The position numbers were made by a program, and so were the translations under genes. A DNA stretch of 64,000 nucleotides, from the NCBI GenBank assembly GCA_051294375.1, contig CM119267.1, positions 13,525,081 to 13,589,080 of the forward strand. Direction: 5' to 3'. The notes beneath the pieces are model-generated. The model did no database searches and had not been told where the DNA came from. It was given only the letters and a program-made list of their open reading frames with translations. This document shows positions 47,133 to 60,300 of this stretch, piece after piece. The stretch is from Paraspadella gotoi (lineage: Eukaryota > Animalia > Chaetognatha). Numbering within the stretch: the first letter of the stretch is position 1; every line of letters starts with the position of its first letter.

Positions 47133-50100
47133 CGTATATAAATAAAATCAATGAAAATATTTTTCAAAACTTTTAATTTTTTTTTTAGCTTCCATCAAGA
47201 AAGAACAAAAACCAAGATAATGAAATTATCAATAAAGATATATAATTTAAAGAATTGCTGAGTCAATAAATTTTGAGCAGAAATGAAGGTGGGTGGGCTG
47301 GGGGCATAAAGAAAGCCATTTTGCTGGTGGGTCCGGAGAAGAGCGGGAGTTTAACCTGGAGGTCTCTCTATACAAGCTTTCTCAGTGGAGGCGATTGGTG
47401 GGTCCGGAGAAGAGCGGGAGTTTAACCGGGAGGTCTCTATACAAGCTTTCTCAGTGCGGGAGGGGGGGATGCATGGTGGACTAAAATCCACCAACCGTTC
47501 AGCGCGCCATTGGTGCCAGAGGCAAGTCATTCGCCTCCCAACCCAAAGGTCCAGGGTTCTAGCTCGGTGGTCGCAGTTAAGGGGCGGGGCGCTTAACCCG
47601 CCTGTAACACGGTGTTACAGCCTAATCAAGCTCAGGGACTGATTATATTGAATGGTTCGGTCACTAACAATAATAATTACTGTTCTCTGTATTGGTGAGC
47701 CCTTCTCGTGAACACACAACCTTTTCATTCTCAACACCCACGGTGCGCTGCCCTTCTACCGACCAAGCGCCACGAGCTTCAATATCTACCCTTGCAACAG
47801 GCTCTTTCATCTACAAAGGATTAACACATATGCAGAATTTATCATAATTCGATGTTCTGAAATGATAATATGATTTACTAAAAGATTTATGGGTGGGACC
47901 GATGGACCGACAAAGTGGATTATAGAGTCAGAATCTGCGATAAGCAGATCCTGTGGCAGTATATTCACACTGCCTCATGTCCATTATCGTTCATCCAATC
48001 TCATTGGCTCAGAGGGGGAACACACCATCCCAGGCATTGTTCCATCCTCAGTCCTAACGACTTCCCTCTGCGTTGGCAAAGCGAAACCATCCTAGTGTAA
48101 CCGCGCCAGTGACTGGAGGCGTCACTGAGGAAGCCCCCAAAGCCCACAGTGAGTTGCCCCATCCCATTGGGCATGACAGGCAACCCGGCTGTTGCCATAA
48201 TACAACTAAAAACTTGCTTGGATCAGAATTTTTTGACTTCACTACAAGAAAGTAAAAATATTATATTTTTCATTTTTTGTGCTTTAAAAATGGTATGGTG
48301 GACTAAAATCCACCGTTCATCAGCGGCCATTGGTGCCAGAGGCAAGTCATTCGCCTCCCAACCCAAAGGTCCGGGGCTCTAGCCCGGTGGTCGCCTAGCA
48401 GTTAAGAGGGACGGGGCGCTTAACCCGCCTGTAACATGGTGTTACAGCCTGATCCGAAGCTCATATTGAACGGTTCAGTCACTAACACATAACAATAATT
48501 ACTTTCTCTTCAATGGGTTATTTCTACTTTTTTTTACGGGGTGTCTAGGGAACAGTGGGCAATAGCCTGAATAAATACATGAAAATTTTTTTTCATGCTC
48601 CTAAGATATTATACTAATTAACAAATATAAAAGAAATATTCCTCTCAAATTTTTACACAATGAGTTTCAACCCAGGTCAGAGAAAGTAAAATTATGCCTT
48701 TTTTATATATTATTTAACCACATTAGTTTCGACGACCTTTTCATTTTCCAAAAACTGAACCAGGCATTTACAAAATTAATAAAGTTAGGGCTAAAAAAGG
48801 TAAGGAAGTTAAAAAATGAAAGTGGTTTAGAGGTTAAGCGTCAAGGATATAAATACTATATTATAAATAGGGTTAGGGGTAAGTGTAGTTAAAGATCAAG
48901 TTTTCAAGAGTAGGTGTGGTTATGGGTTAAAAAAGAGGCGGCTGAGCAGTAGGTGAAAATAAATGTTCAACCATTATTTTGTAAAACAAATCGGGCGGAT
49001 AAGCGGAAGAACCAGAGTTAGATACATGGGAGGAGAGAGAGAAGATACGGAAAAAAAGAAGGAAACAAGGTAATCGGAGAAAGTGAAGGGAATAATAGAG
49101 ATTTAAAAACGAAAAGATTTTTAGGAATTTCTTTTCTTTGAGCTGAGATTCAATCATATTTAAATAAATAATAATAAATATAAAACAGTAAAAGAACTTA
49201 TTTTCGAGTTTAATTTTTAGCAAGTGCAAAGTCTGGAGAGACATTATTGAAGGTACTTTTGTTTTACTTTTAGCCCGCATAAGCGAGCAGTTTGATCGAA
49301 TGCGACCTCTCTAAACACTGTCAACATTCCCAGACAAAAGACAAAGTGAAACTTGAATCAGACTGACAAAGTGAGGTAAAGACTAAAGTGAAGTAAAATG
49401 AAGTCAAGTAAAATAAAATAATAAAGTAAATATATATTAAAAAAAAATTATTCTGATTGATATATTTAGAAAAAAAAATCCAAGAAAATCTCGGATGGCG
49501 ATAATAAAAGTTTTTAGAGGGAAAAAAATAATCAGAGAGAGAGAGAGAGAGAGAGAGAAAGAAGCAAAATCGTTTTCAGCAGCAGAAGCACCCAGAAAAA
49601 AAGAAAGAAATCAAAAGTCAGCAGCAGCAGAAGAAGAAAAGAGAGAAAAAGAATACGCCCATTCAGAGCCAGCTGCAGAGAAAGAAATCAAAAGGCAGCA
49701 GCAGAAGCAGCAGGAGAAAAAAGAGAAAAAGAATAAGCCCCTGCAGAGCCAGCTGCAGACTCGTTTTTTTCCCTTTCTGTATAATTTATACTATAAATCA
49801 GTGACTAGGGAAAAGAGAGAGGGAGAGAGAAAAGTAATTAAAAGAGAAAAGAGAGAGAGAAAGAAATAGAAAAATAAAAGAGAAAATTGGTTTGTTTTGA
49901 TAAAACGTAAACAAAACATTTAATAACTGTCCAGACTCAATTTTAAACACATCGATGATAAGAAGCTGTATATAAATTTTCAGCTTCATACACCCAAATT
50001 TAATCATAAAAAGGCGATCTATAATTTGGAACGCCGACAACGACGACGACTACGCCACTTATGCGCAAAAGTGTTACAATATCGTCGCAAACGCAAAGCG

Positions 50101-50142
50101 ATTGCGACGATAAAAAAATGTTTTTTAAAATTGCAATATAAC

Positions 50143-50695
50143 TAGCGGTAGCCGACCAAATTCAAATTTTAATGGGAACAGCATTAAACTAATCCATTAT
50201 TGGTATTAATTATTGTGTTAAAATATTTTTTTTGCAAAAATGTTCCGAACCATGAGTAATTTGCTGATTAATATTATTATATTGCTATATAATGTCAAAA
50301 AATTTTTTTTGATATTTTAAGTTTTTTTAATTGATTCTGATAGAGCTTAAAAAGTTAAACAAAAAATATAATTACAACTTTTTAAAATTTTGATGTTTTA
50401 TTATTAAAAATTAGTAAAAACTGCTAAAATCATCGGATGATGATGATGATTTTTTAAGGTTTTTCTCAATTTAAACCCACTTATCATCAAAATATTGAAA
50501 AAAGAATTATACTTTGTGTAAATTTTTTGACATTTCTTATCTATAAATAAATATTAAAAAAATAATTACTAATGCTTCTTGCCATTTTAGAAAATTTTGC
50601 TCCATTGAAAGTTTTTTCAGAAATGTATGAAGTTTCATTTGGAAAGGTTCCCAAATCAAACTTCTGACCCACCCCATTGACGAAGTTTGGCTCTA
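50143..50695 (-). mobile_element. Family D copy with an internal deletion, TSD ATATAAC
   Basis: ATATAAC at 50136-50142 and 50696-50702. Confidence 0.85.
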
Positions 50696-51741
50696 ATATA
50701 ACTAAGCATTGAATGAATAGTTACGGAATTACTTTTCATATTTAACTACGTAAAATTAAAATAATTCTGAATTCATTAAAAGTTCAGGACTCAATTATAT
50801 TAAATTCTCGCCGATAGTTGTGTGCAAAATTTCAGCCTTTGCGAATGATTACTTTAATAGGTTCAATTGCCACACAGACATAGTAGAAAGAAGCACATTC
50901 AAAGCTTCATAATTGTCAAAAATATAAAAAAAATGTATAACCACTCAGCAAAAGTAAAATTTTGCCCGAATTTAATCTTTTAATCAGTAATTATTTGAAG
51001 TGAGATTTTGACATGCAACTTTATGAGATTGCGACGCACATCCTTCGTATAATGAGAGATTATCATCACGAAGACGACGGAAATTGACGATCGCCTAATA
51101 ATAAGAATTTTAGTAAAAATTATATAGCCCATTAAAAATAAGAAGTTTTTTGATAAATTAATTTTCTATTCGTTATTCAAACTGAGTAGCTATACAAAAA
51201 TTATTTTTCTTAGCTAGATAATCTAAAAAAATTTTACAAACTACAGAACGAAAGTAACACCCTGACCCCTGATTAAGCCTTTAGGCTAAGTTGTCAGTCG
51301 AGTTCATTTCTTTTACATCTAACATAAAAAACTGGCTTAATGCTTAAATTTATAACTCGTCTGAAATGAAAAAATGAATTAAACGACGTATGTATACCTT
51401 TTTATCAACAATAATTAACATTAACGTTTAATAGCAATCCCAAAGCCACACAACAAATTTTTTTGCAAATTAACCAAACTTTTTAAAGCGATTATGGATA
51501 TTTATCATCAGTCTGTACTTTAAAGAAATGTTCACGAGACGGCCTTGAAAGATGTGAAAACGAAACATTAGGATAAAAAACCAAAAAAAGTTAAAAATAT
51601 AGTAATAACAAATTGTAATTAAAAAATCGTTGTAAACACAAAAATTTGTTTTTCCTAATACCAAAATACAACGAAAAGAAAGGAATATAACAAAGTCCAG
51701 TAACTACAAAGAAATTATTATTAAAAATCTTTGTGTATAGA

Positions 51742-51779
51742 CTGATGAAGACTCTAAAAATACAGAGTCGAAACATGTC
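51742..51779 (+). ncRNA. Minimal type I hammerhead ribozyme
   Basis: CTGATGA-A-GACTC-taaaaataca-GAGTC-GAAAC-ATGTC followed by the pLTR tail AAATTCGTTGT..AAAATTGTTTTT..CCTAAT; a second tail lies upstream at 51623-51690. Confidence 0.7.
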
Positions 51780-52080
51780 TGTCAAATTGTCACTAAAATT
51801 CGTTGTCAAAACAAATAAAAATTGTTTTTCTCCTAATATATTAAAAATCTTAAAAGTATAGTGATTTCGCCAGACGTTACTATCAAAGAAAATTAATAAA
51901 AAAATCCGGAAAAAAAAAGAATGATTAATACGATAACTAATTATTGATATAATAGTAATTGATTGATGTAATAATAATTTATTGATGTAATATAATGCGG
52001 CGCAAAAAAAATAGCCACTAATTAGCATTATTAGCATACCACTTTTTTAAAAATTTTAATAATATATACATTATGTATTA

Positions 52081-52950
52081 CGTAGTGGAGGCCCCGTCTC
52101 CACCACGTCTGCACAATGATTCCCATCTCCACTCAAAGAGATAGGCTGATACTCTTGCGCAGGCAATGGGCAGACGATGCCTCTCCTTCAACTGCAGCAA
52201 CTCATTCCCTTCCTCTGTAGAGTGAGCGCCGCCCAAAGCGACGGCTGCAGGAGGAAGGGGGGGAGGCCACCACTCCTGGCGCAAAAGAGGCAAGAATGGA
52301 CAGTCGCCCACCTCGCCAGCAGGCAAGAAGAGGGCAGTCGGCTGGCGTACCAGGCCAGAGAGACATCAGAGTAGCCTTTGGATTCTTCCCGCAAGGAAGT
52401 CTCTCAAACGCTGCACAAGTTAGCTTCACCAACCTGTCCTCTCAGCCAATAACACACCAATGACCCAACCTCATCGATCCAGCCTTTATTACCTAACATT
52501 TATTTTTCTAATTACTTAGCTATCCCTTACAATAAATATTTTACATTTCTTATTTTCTATTTTCGACTTCACTAATTTATTTTAGTAATTATTAACATTA
52601 TTCATTACTAAGTTTACACATTTTAACTTTGTTGTACATTTTACAATGTATTATATTTTTCAAGCACTATGTATCTCTCTCTCTCTCTCTCCATTTCAAT
52701 TTGTTTTCATAAACTATCTCTGTCCTTACCTTTACCTGTCCCTAATAAAAATTGACCACTGTCCTCTGTGTTGGAAACTGCCCTATCTCTCTCTCTCTCT
52801 CTCTCTCATTCTTTTTGCACAAAAATCATTTCAAATTCACAAATTGAATTGGTGCTGAAGAAGGCTCGTATGTGAGTAGAAACATGTCCGTTTCCCTATG
52901 ATATAAAATCGTTGTTACAACTCTTTTTCAAAAACTTTGTTTTAAATAAT
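52081..52950 (+). mobile_element. Second Penelope-like 3' fragment ending in a hammerhead
   Basis: GTGGAGGCCCCG..CCACCACGTC..CACAATGATTCCC is homologous to 3280-3335. Shares CCAATGACCC and TGACCACTGTCCT blocks with the first copy. CTGAAGA...GAAACATGTC at 52855-52888. Confidence 0.8.
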
Positions 52951-53141
52951 ATATATACATGAAATTAAAAAGTATATCTCTTTTAAAGAGCAATCGATTG
53001 GTGCAATAAAAATGTTAATTTGTTCAGGCAGTAAAATATAGCAAGATTCTAAAGTCGAAATTGGGAAAAAAATATTTTTAAAGGTTAGAATTGATGACAC
53101 TTATATTTTTGACTGATGTTTAATAAGATTGTTTATAATAT

Positions 53142-54453
53142 AACAAGTTTGAGCAAACAATGTCGGATCTGCCTAATTAATTATAATTTATATTCAGCTT
53201 GTCATTATCGATGTCCTTAAAATTGAGTCAGGACAGTTATTAAATGTTTTGCTTACATTTTATCAAAACAAACAAATATCCTCTATTTTATTTTATCTCT
53301 CCTCTCTCTCTCTCTCTCTCTCTCACTCTTTTTATGCAATTGCGACGATCCTTATGCTTTTAAGGATTTTTTTAACTTTTCAACTTGCATAATTTTTTCA
53401 ACTTGCATTCCGTCAACTTTATATCTAACTTCTTCACTCACTTTCCTACCGGCTCACAAAATTTCATCTCAATCTATCATGAGTTAAAAAATAAAAAAAG
53501 ATTTCAAGTAAATGTGGACTCATGTTTTTTCATTTAAACTCTTTCCACTGGTACGTTTCCACCAAAACTTATATCAAGCTTCGTCACACATTTTCCTACC
53601 ACACACAAAATTTCAACTCAATCTATCTATCATTATGATTAATTAGAGTATTTATTAGTTAAAATAAGTAAAAGATTTTAGTAAATGCGACTTATGTTTT
53701 TCCATTAAAATAATTTTCACTCACACGATTCCATCGAACTTATTATTCCAGCTTTATCACACACTTTTCCGACCCACACACAAAATTTAATTTCAATTCA
53801 ACAACCAATCACGAGTTATTGGGAGCTTTTTACTAAGGTGGGACGGATGGACGGATTGATGGACTAATTAATTAATTATTGATTTAATTTATTTTACTAA
53901 TGATTATTTTGATTCATTAATACATCCTGCCATTACATTTATATAAAAGGAAAAAGAAGCATAATCAATTAGTGAAACAGGTTTTTTTTTTTTTACATTA
54001 AACTCATTTCCACTCAAACTATTACATCGAAACTCTTGATTTCCTGTTCAATCACACACTTTCCTACCCACATACAAATTCCAGGTCAATCAGCCATTCA
54101 CTCATGAGCAATTGGTGTTCAAATAGTGAATATATTTTTTTTTTTTTTATTTCAACTCATTTCCACCGGACGATTCCATCGAAATACTATCAATATCCAG
54201 CTCCAATCACACCACTTAGCTATCCACACACAAAATTTTATTCAAATCCATCGATCCGATCACGAGTAATTGTTTTTTTTTTGCTAAGCTGGGACGGACG
54301 GACGGAGGGACGGACATTTTTTTTGCATAATTTATCATAATTCGATGTTCTGACATGATATAAGTTATTGCCCGACAATATTGAGGGGGCGGACCGACGG
54401 ACCGACAAAGTGAATTATAGAGTCGGGATCTGCTGACAAGCAGATCCAACTAA
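53142..54453 (-). mobile_element. HINE family H1 copy
   Basis: AACAAGTTTGAGCAAACAATGTCGGATCTGCC ... GGACCGACAAAGTGAATTATAGAGTCGGGATCTGCTGACAAGCAGATCCAACTAAAA. Confidence 0.75.
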
Positions 54454-54460
54454 AAATAAA

Positions 54461-54589
54461 AAAACAGTTTTTAGTGTGTGACAACTAATTTTTCTTTATT
54501 GACAAAGAAAGTCGGACATGTTTTGACTCTGTGGTTGAGAGTCTTCATCAATAATGAAAAATTCGTTGTCACACACTAAAAACTGTTTT
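54461..54589. repeat. Fold-back pLTR remnant with a decayed minus-strand hammerhead (54515-54551)
   Basis: AAAACAGTTTTTAGTGTGTGACAAC versus GTTGTCACACACTAAAAACTGTTTT, enclosing GACATGTTTTGACTC...GAGTCTTCATCA. Confidence 0.7.
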
Positions 54590-55348
54590 CCTTAAACTTA
54601 AACACAACGAAAAGAAAGAATCATAACAATATAAAAATGATAAAATCATAATGGAATTTAACATATAAAAAGGTTAGCAATAAATTTGCTTTCCTTTTCT
54701 ATAAAAATATTTTTTTAATTTCTACCAAATAAATAATTTTAATAAACAATCATTTTTTTAATTTATCTCAAAATCAAAAAGTAATTTTAAGACAAAAATA
54801 AAAAAATTAATCCTAATATAATTGTAAGAGTTTATATTAATCTGCTTCAACACGAGATGTAAAAAAGATTTGAAAATAATCACAACTGCTTTTTCCTTAC
54901 TTTTAAAAGATTATTTTTCCATATAGTTTCTCTACTTATTAGAATATAAATTAAGTTAAAAATGGTTGACACCTATCCCTAAAGATATTTGATACTGAAT
55001 TTGTTTGACTAATATCATATTATAAATATTTAATAATAGGGGAAAGTCAGACTTTTTTTTGAATTAATTTGTTCTCATCAGATTTTTTGTACTAATCAAC
55101 TTAAACATCCTATAACTTTCAAACACTTTGCTTGATTTTAATAGGACTTAGACCAATCGCCTCATTTTCAATAAGCTTTGTTTTATGTTTTTATATCTTT
55201 ATGAAATTCAGCCATCCAATATAGCTTTTAGTTGCGCCGCGAGTACTCGCGGAGCAACTCTATAAGTCACTTTTCGGTCGGTCGGTCGGTCTGTCCTACT
55301 TACGTTAAAAACGCTTAAAACTTGCCTATAGTTTGTTGCTCATTTGTT

Positions 55349-56135
55349 AACAAGTATGAGCAAACAATGTGGGAACTGCCCACGATCATTATCGGTAATT
55401 AAATAATAATTAAATTATTCAAATTAATTAATTAATTAGGCAATTAATTAATTTGATCCAGAATGTTTGTTTTTAGGTCTTTTCGTCACTAACCATGACA
55501 AAACCAATGACGATGAGAATAATACCGATAATGATTGACTTGATTTATTAACTGATTACTTAATTATTTACTAATTAATTGACTAATTGATTAATTATTT
55601 GAATAATTAATACATCCTGCATTTACATTTGATATAAAAGGAAAAAGAAGCATGATCAATTAGTAAAGCAAGTTTTTTGTTTTTTTCCATTTAAACTCAT
55701 TTCCACTAAAACTATTCCATCAAAACTTGATTTCCAGCTTAATCACACACTTTCCTACCCACATACCAAATTCAAGGTCAATCGCCCCATCTACAATTGG
55801 GGTTCAAATAGTAAAATATATTTTTTTGTTTTTTCTATTTAAACTCATTTTCATTCGGACGATTCCATCAAAATTTCATATGCAGCTCAATCATACACTT
55901 CCCTACCCACACACAAAATTTCATTCAAATCCATCCAATAACGAGTAATTGGTGTTTTTTGCTAAGGTGGGACGGACGGACAGACAGACAAGGAAATCAT
56001 TTTTTTTACATAATTTATCATAATTCGATGTTCTGACATGATATAAGTGTGTGCCCGACAATATTGAGGGGGCGGACCAATGGACCGACAAAGTGAATTA
56101 TAGAGTCGGGATCTGCTGATAAGCAGATCCTACTA
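55349..56135 (-). mobile_element. HINE family H1 copy (~790 bp); the short 5' end of a related family (TTAGTTGCG..GCAACTCTATAAG..(GGTC)n) is adjacent at 55226-55348
   Basis: Same termini and internal ACTCATTTCC..CACACTTTCCTACCCAC repeats. Further fragments at 27620-27990, 35757-35810, 36695-37157 and 47838-47951. Confidence 0.75.
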
Positions 56136-56579
56136 AAAATCAAATCTCAGCGACTACTGGCGCCGCCTTTTGTTTTTAAAGAAAATATATAAGTAAGACA
56201 ATGAAAAATAACGGGCAAAACGGTCTCGTGCTGATTTTGTCCCTTTAAAATTGTTTCTGAGCCAAATTAATTGTTACTTTTGGTAATATGTGCGATATAC
56301 ACTACAGGACATTACTGTGTCTGACCATAACCCTTGACCATCAACAAAAAAGCTCACTAGATCAAAAGTAGTAAAAAAGATGAAGCAATTTTAGACCATT
56401 GCTTTTATAAATGCAAAAAGAATATTAATATTAATAAAACAAAACTAACGATAACTTAATAGTTAACCGAGACCAAAATGTATATTTTTTACCCATCATT
56501 TCTTTAATTTATATGAATCATTAGCTTGTAATTAATCAATTAATCTGTAGCGATCAGACCAACTTGCTATTTGTGAACA

Positions 56580-56650
56580 AATTGCCCCCAAGCCAGGATT
56601 CGATCCTGGGATCTGAACGCTGGGTCGCCAGGGAGCTAACCTTGCAACCG
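56580..56650 (-). pseudogene. tRNA-derived fragment (SINE head or pseudo-tRNA)
   Basis: Minus strand GGTTGCAAGGTTAG...CCAGG-ATCGAAT-CCTGG, a T-arm/B-box-like hairpin; no full cloverleaf. Confidence 0.45.
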
Positions 56651-57369
56651 ATAGATTTTGTTCTAAAACCCAGTTAAATAACTTAAACTCAGAACCTAAT
56701 GATTTAACCATCGTTCATCAGAGGACTCTCGATTGAATCTTTAAAAGGAGAAGAGGATTAATAAATATACAAATTGTAAATAAACTACAACAAATATTTA
56801 TATGGGTCTTATTTCATATTAAATGCAACGTTAAATATGCTTATAAAATCTTAAATAAATGAGTTTCTTATACTACTACAACAGTTTATCCCATTTTAAT
56901 AACACCGTTATATGCTGCCAAAAATCGCCATTTCCGACAAAGAAAGAATGAGACATAACAAAAGAAAAGGTTACCATCATACGAATGCTAACAGACTTTA
57001 TTAACACTAAAATAGCAGTACCCACTTGATTTTTTGTTATTATTTTTTTCGTTATCTTCTATATGTCCTCTATTATATATCTAGTCTTTAAAAAAATAAT
57101 TTTCTATAATAATTCCTATAGTTTAATTTTTTTTTCATCTTTCATTCATTCATCATTCATTCATCAATCCCAAAAAATGTAAACAATTTGTTGAGCAATA
57201 CTCAAAATTTAATTTTGACTAAAGACTCATAAAAAAAAACTAACTTGTGACTATACAAAACATCAAAAAAGTTGTAAATACGAAATAAAAATATATATAT
57301 AATCAACTAAAAACAATGGTCAAGGTGGTGTTCTACACTCGCTGCATAATATAGTTTATTACACTCAAT

Positions 57370-60300
57370 AGACTGACCTATTTTACGCTGGCAAAACAAC
57401 TTGTTCCAAAAGTCAACATCGAATAGCTTAATCGCACTGAGATTGGTAGCCTTCCACAACACATGGATATTTTCATCTCTATTGTTAATTAGACCAATAG
57501 TACTTTCTATCTATTGATCCATCAATGAATGTAAAGTTCCCCTCGACCATCTTCATACAACGATCCCACAATTTGTCTGAAAGTTTCCTAGAAAATTCTG
57601 GGTCGTTTCTGTCGAGGCAATTGCGATGACTGCTCCTTCTCTCTCACAGACCTTCCAGCGCTTCGTCAAATTATCAATATTATGCTCCTGTATACATCCA
57701 TCCAGACCAATTTATATCCTTTAAACCATGGAAGAAAAATAATTATTACAACTAATAAAAAGTTAATATTCATTCAAAAACAAGCTTATTCTCATCGCCA
57801 GCGCGGACGAATTGTCTCAAACGTGAGTAGCCAAGAAAAAGATTTGTGTAATAAAGAGGAAACGTTTTATTCGTAAAAAACATGTTTCTTCGGAACAAAA
57901 CACTTTGTGAGTTTTAAATAACACAGCACGACTGAAATTAACTCAAAATGGCCGTTAAAAATATTGACCGAAAAAAGGGGAAAGACGCCGACATGAAGGC
58001 AAAATACTTAAACATATTATATTAAATTTAAATCCAAAACCTCAGTTACGGTGATTAAAAAAAAAATTTTCTTACCGTCACCCAGAGTCCACGGTGCCAA
58101 GTAAACCGCCCTTTTTTAAAACAGACTTTTTCTGCTCCATCCCAAGAACAGTTTTGTCCCTTGACTATAAATGTAGACACGGAAACTCGCCGTCTCATGG
58201 GGACAACGAGTTCATAATGTCGTTCAAATCCCGTTTTTCAATCATTGACTTTCAACAAATGAGGAGCGTGAAGATCATGCATCACCAGCGTCCAAGAATT
58301 GTTTAATATCTCTTCGTGATGAAAGCGAGCAGTCTGTGTTGCCTTTCAATTTTCAGCCTCAACCTTCGTGCCAAGCAGTTGGACGAGTTGGCCCGTTGCA
58401 ATCCCAGACCCAAGATTGAGCTTCGTTAGCGCTGGTGCCATCCGTCCAAGAATGTATTTTTGCATAATCTTGAAATTTTCATTTATTATTTTATTTATTG
58501 CAGTATGTAATGTTAAGTAAAATACCGAAAGAAATTTTCTGACCAGAATTTGAAGTAAATGTGTATGTAAGCCTCTCGTTTTTGGTTCGGACCCGAGATT
58601 GAGATCACCACCCAAAATTTGCACAATATTTCGTGCATCCGACAAGACATTTTAAAGAGTGTGCCACTTGTAACAGCTGATTCAATAACCAAAAGGGATA
58701 AACTATGGTTGGCATGAATTACAATGTAGACCCTACCTTTCGTTGTATTCTTTGTTAATCTACCAGGTGGATCCCACGATGAGTCCATTGAATTGGAGGG
58801 ACACAAACATGTTGGATTCACGATCGAAATAATTTTCTCATCGAAATTTGAATTTGAGTAAAAACAGAAATTAATTTCTGATACAACGAAAATCGATCAC
58901 TTCTTCGAAACTCCAAAAACGCACCAAGGCTGCAAATAGTAAATGGTCAAAAGAAGAAAATTATTTCAATGTATAAAATATTAATTATTCACTACGGTGA
59001 GAATAAAAAGCAGAATAACAAAAGAGCAGAAGAATTTGTAAAATTTTTTGCGAGCAGAAGTTATTTTCTTTTTCACTTGAAATCACATTCTTTTTTTTCT
59101 AAAACTCCTGTCATCTGAATGAAATTCTGAAAGAAAAAAAACGTAGTTTTGTTAAAAATATTTTCTTTTGTATTGTAAATATTATGAGACGTGCAAAAAA
59201 CCCAAAAACTAACTCAATGTTTGACTTTTTGCTAAAAATTCATAACTCCCCGGTTGTGTCCCATTGTTCAATGCTAATACGTTAATTCAAGCACAACACA
59301 TAAAGAATATGGAGCAAGAAACCTGAAATTGTTTATTACTAAAGAACACTATATTTAAGAATTCTAAATAAATGATAATTTACATCATAATTTGATTTTC
59401 GCGCGCTATAAGCATTATTAAGTATACTAAAGGAACCTGATCTGTATACAGTAGGTAACAATCACTTAGTGCAAAAACCGGGACTTTTCTCTTAAACTTA
59501 ACCAAACCTAAAAAAGTCAATAAGTCTAAACTGAAAAAAGAGCAACTTTGGAAAATAGGGCTAAACACTGTTTTTTTTTTTCTTTAGACATTTAAGTTTT
59601 GTCTGTTTAAGCAAGTCCGAATCTAAGAGATTTTTTTTCAGTTGAATTCCACATTTTATTCAAGAAGTCAAAGTGAATTCACAGAGAAAAGCTTCCAATC
59701 ACCAAATTTTCAGCACGACAGAAAAAAATATCGTATTTCCATGTGCCGAGTATCTAAAAAAGACGCATTGGTCATCATCCGCGTAAGTCGACTAACAATG
59801 TTTCAATCCTGTATGTTGAACATTTTATCATAAGCTATTTTGGATCCAGTTGTAAGACAAATTGCTAGCGAGATATAATTCATTTTATAAACAAAATATT
59901 TTTCGACTCATAAAGGTGAAGCAATTATTATTCTTAGCACTAACCCCCTTACCAGAGCGTCAGTGTTATTAGCTTCTCTATTTGCTGGTTTGAATTACCT
60001 GCGTTTCGCCAATGCGCTTTCTTCCGATGTCCAATAATATTCTCAGTTTTCAGTAAAGGATTCGTTTTGACATTCGCTCCAATGCAGTTCCGACTGTTTG
60101 GTTCAAAAAGAAAAGCCAGATTCCAACAACTAAGGGGGGGGGTGTGCGAAGAAACTGGTGTTGATTCGTTCATCGATTTCATTCATTCTGATTTACATAT
60201 GGACATTCTTACATTTTTTAGATCAATACGTTCAGAAATAAAACATTTAATTATTCATATATTAGTTTAAATATCATATTCAAATTTAGAGAAATGAATT

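Noticed and set aside
47325-47456. Two ~62-bp direct repeats; also a 37-bp duplication at 28231-28305
   Set aside because: Only two units each, consistent with simple local duplications within repeats.
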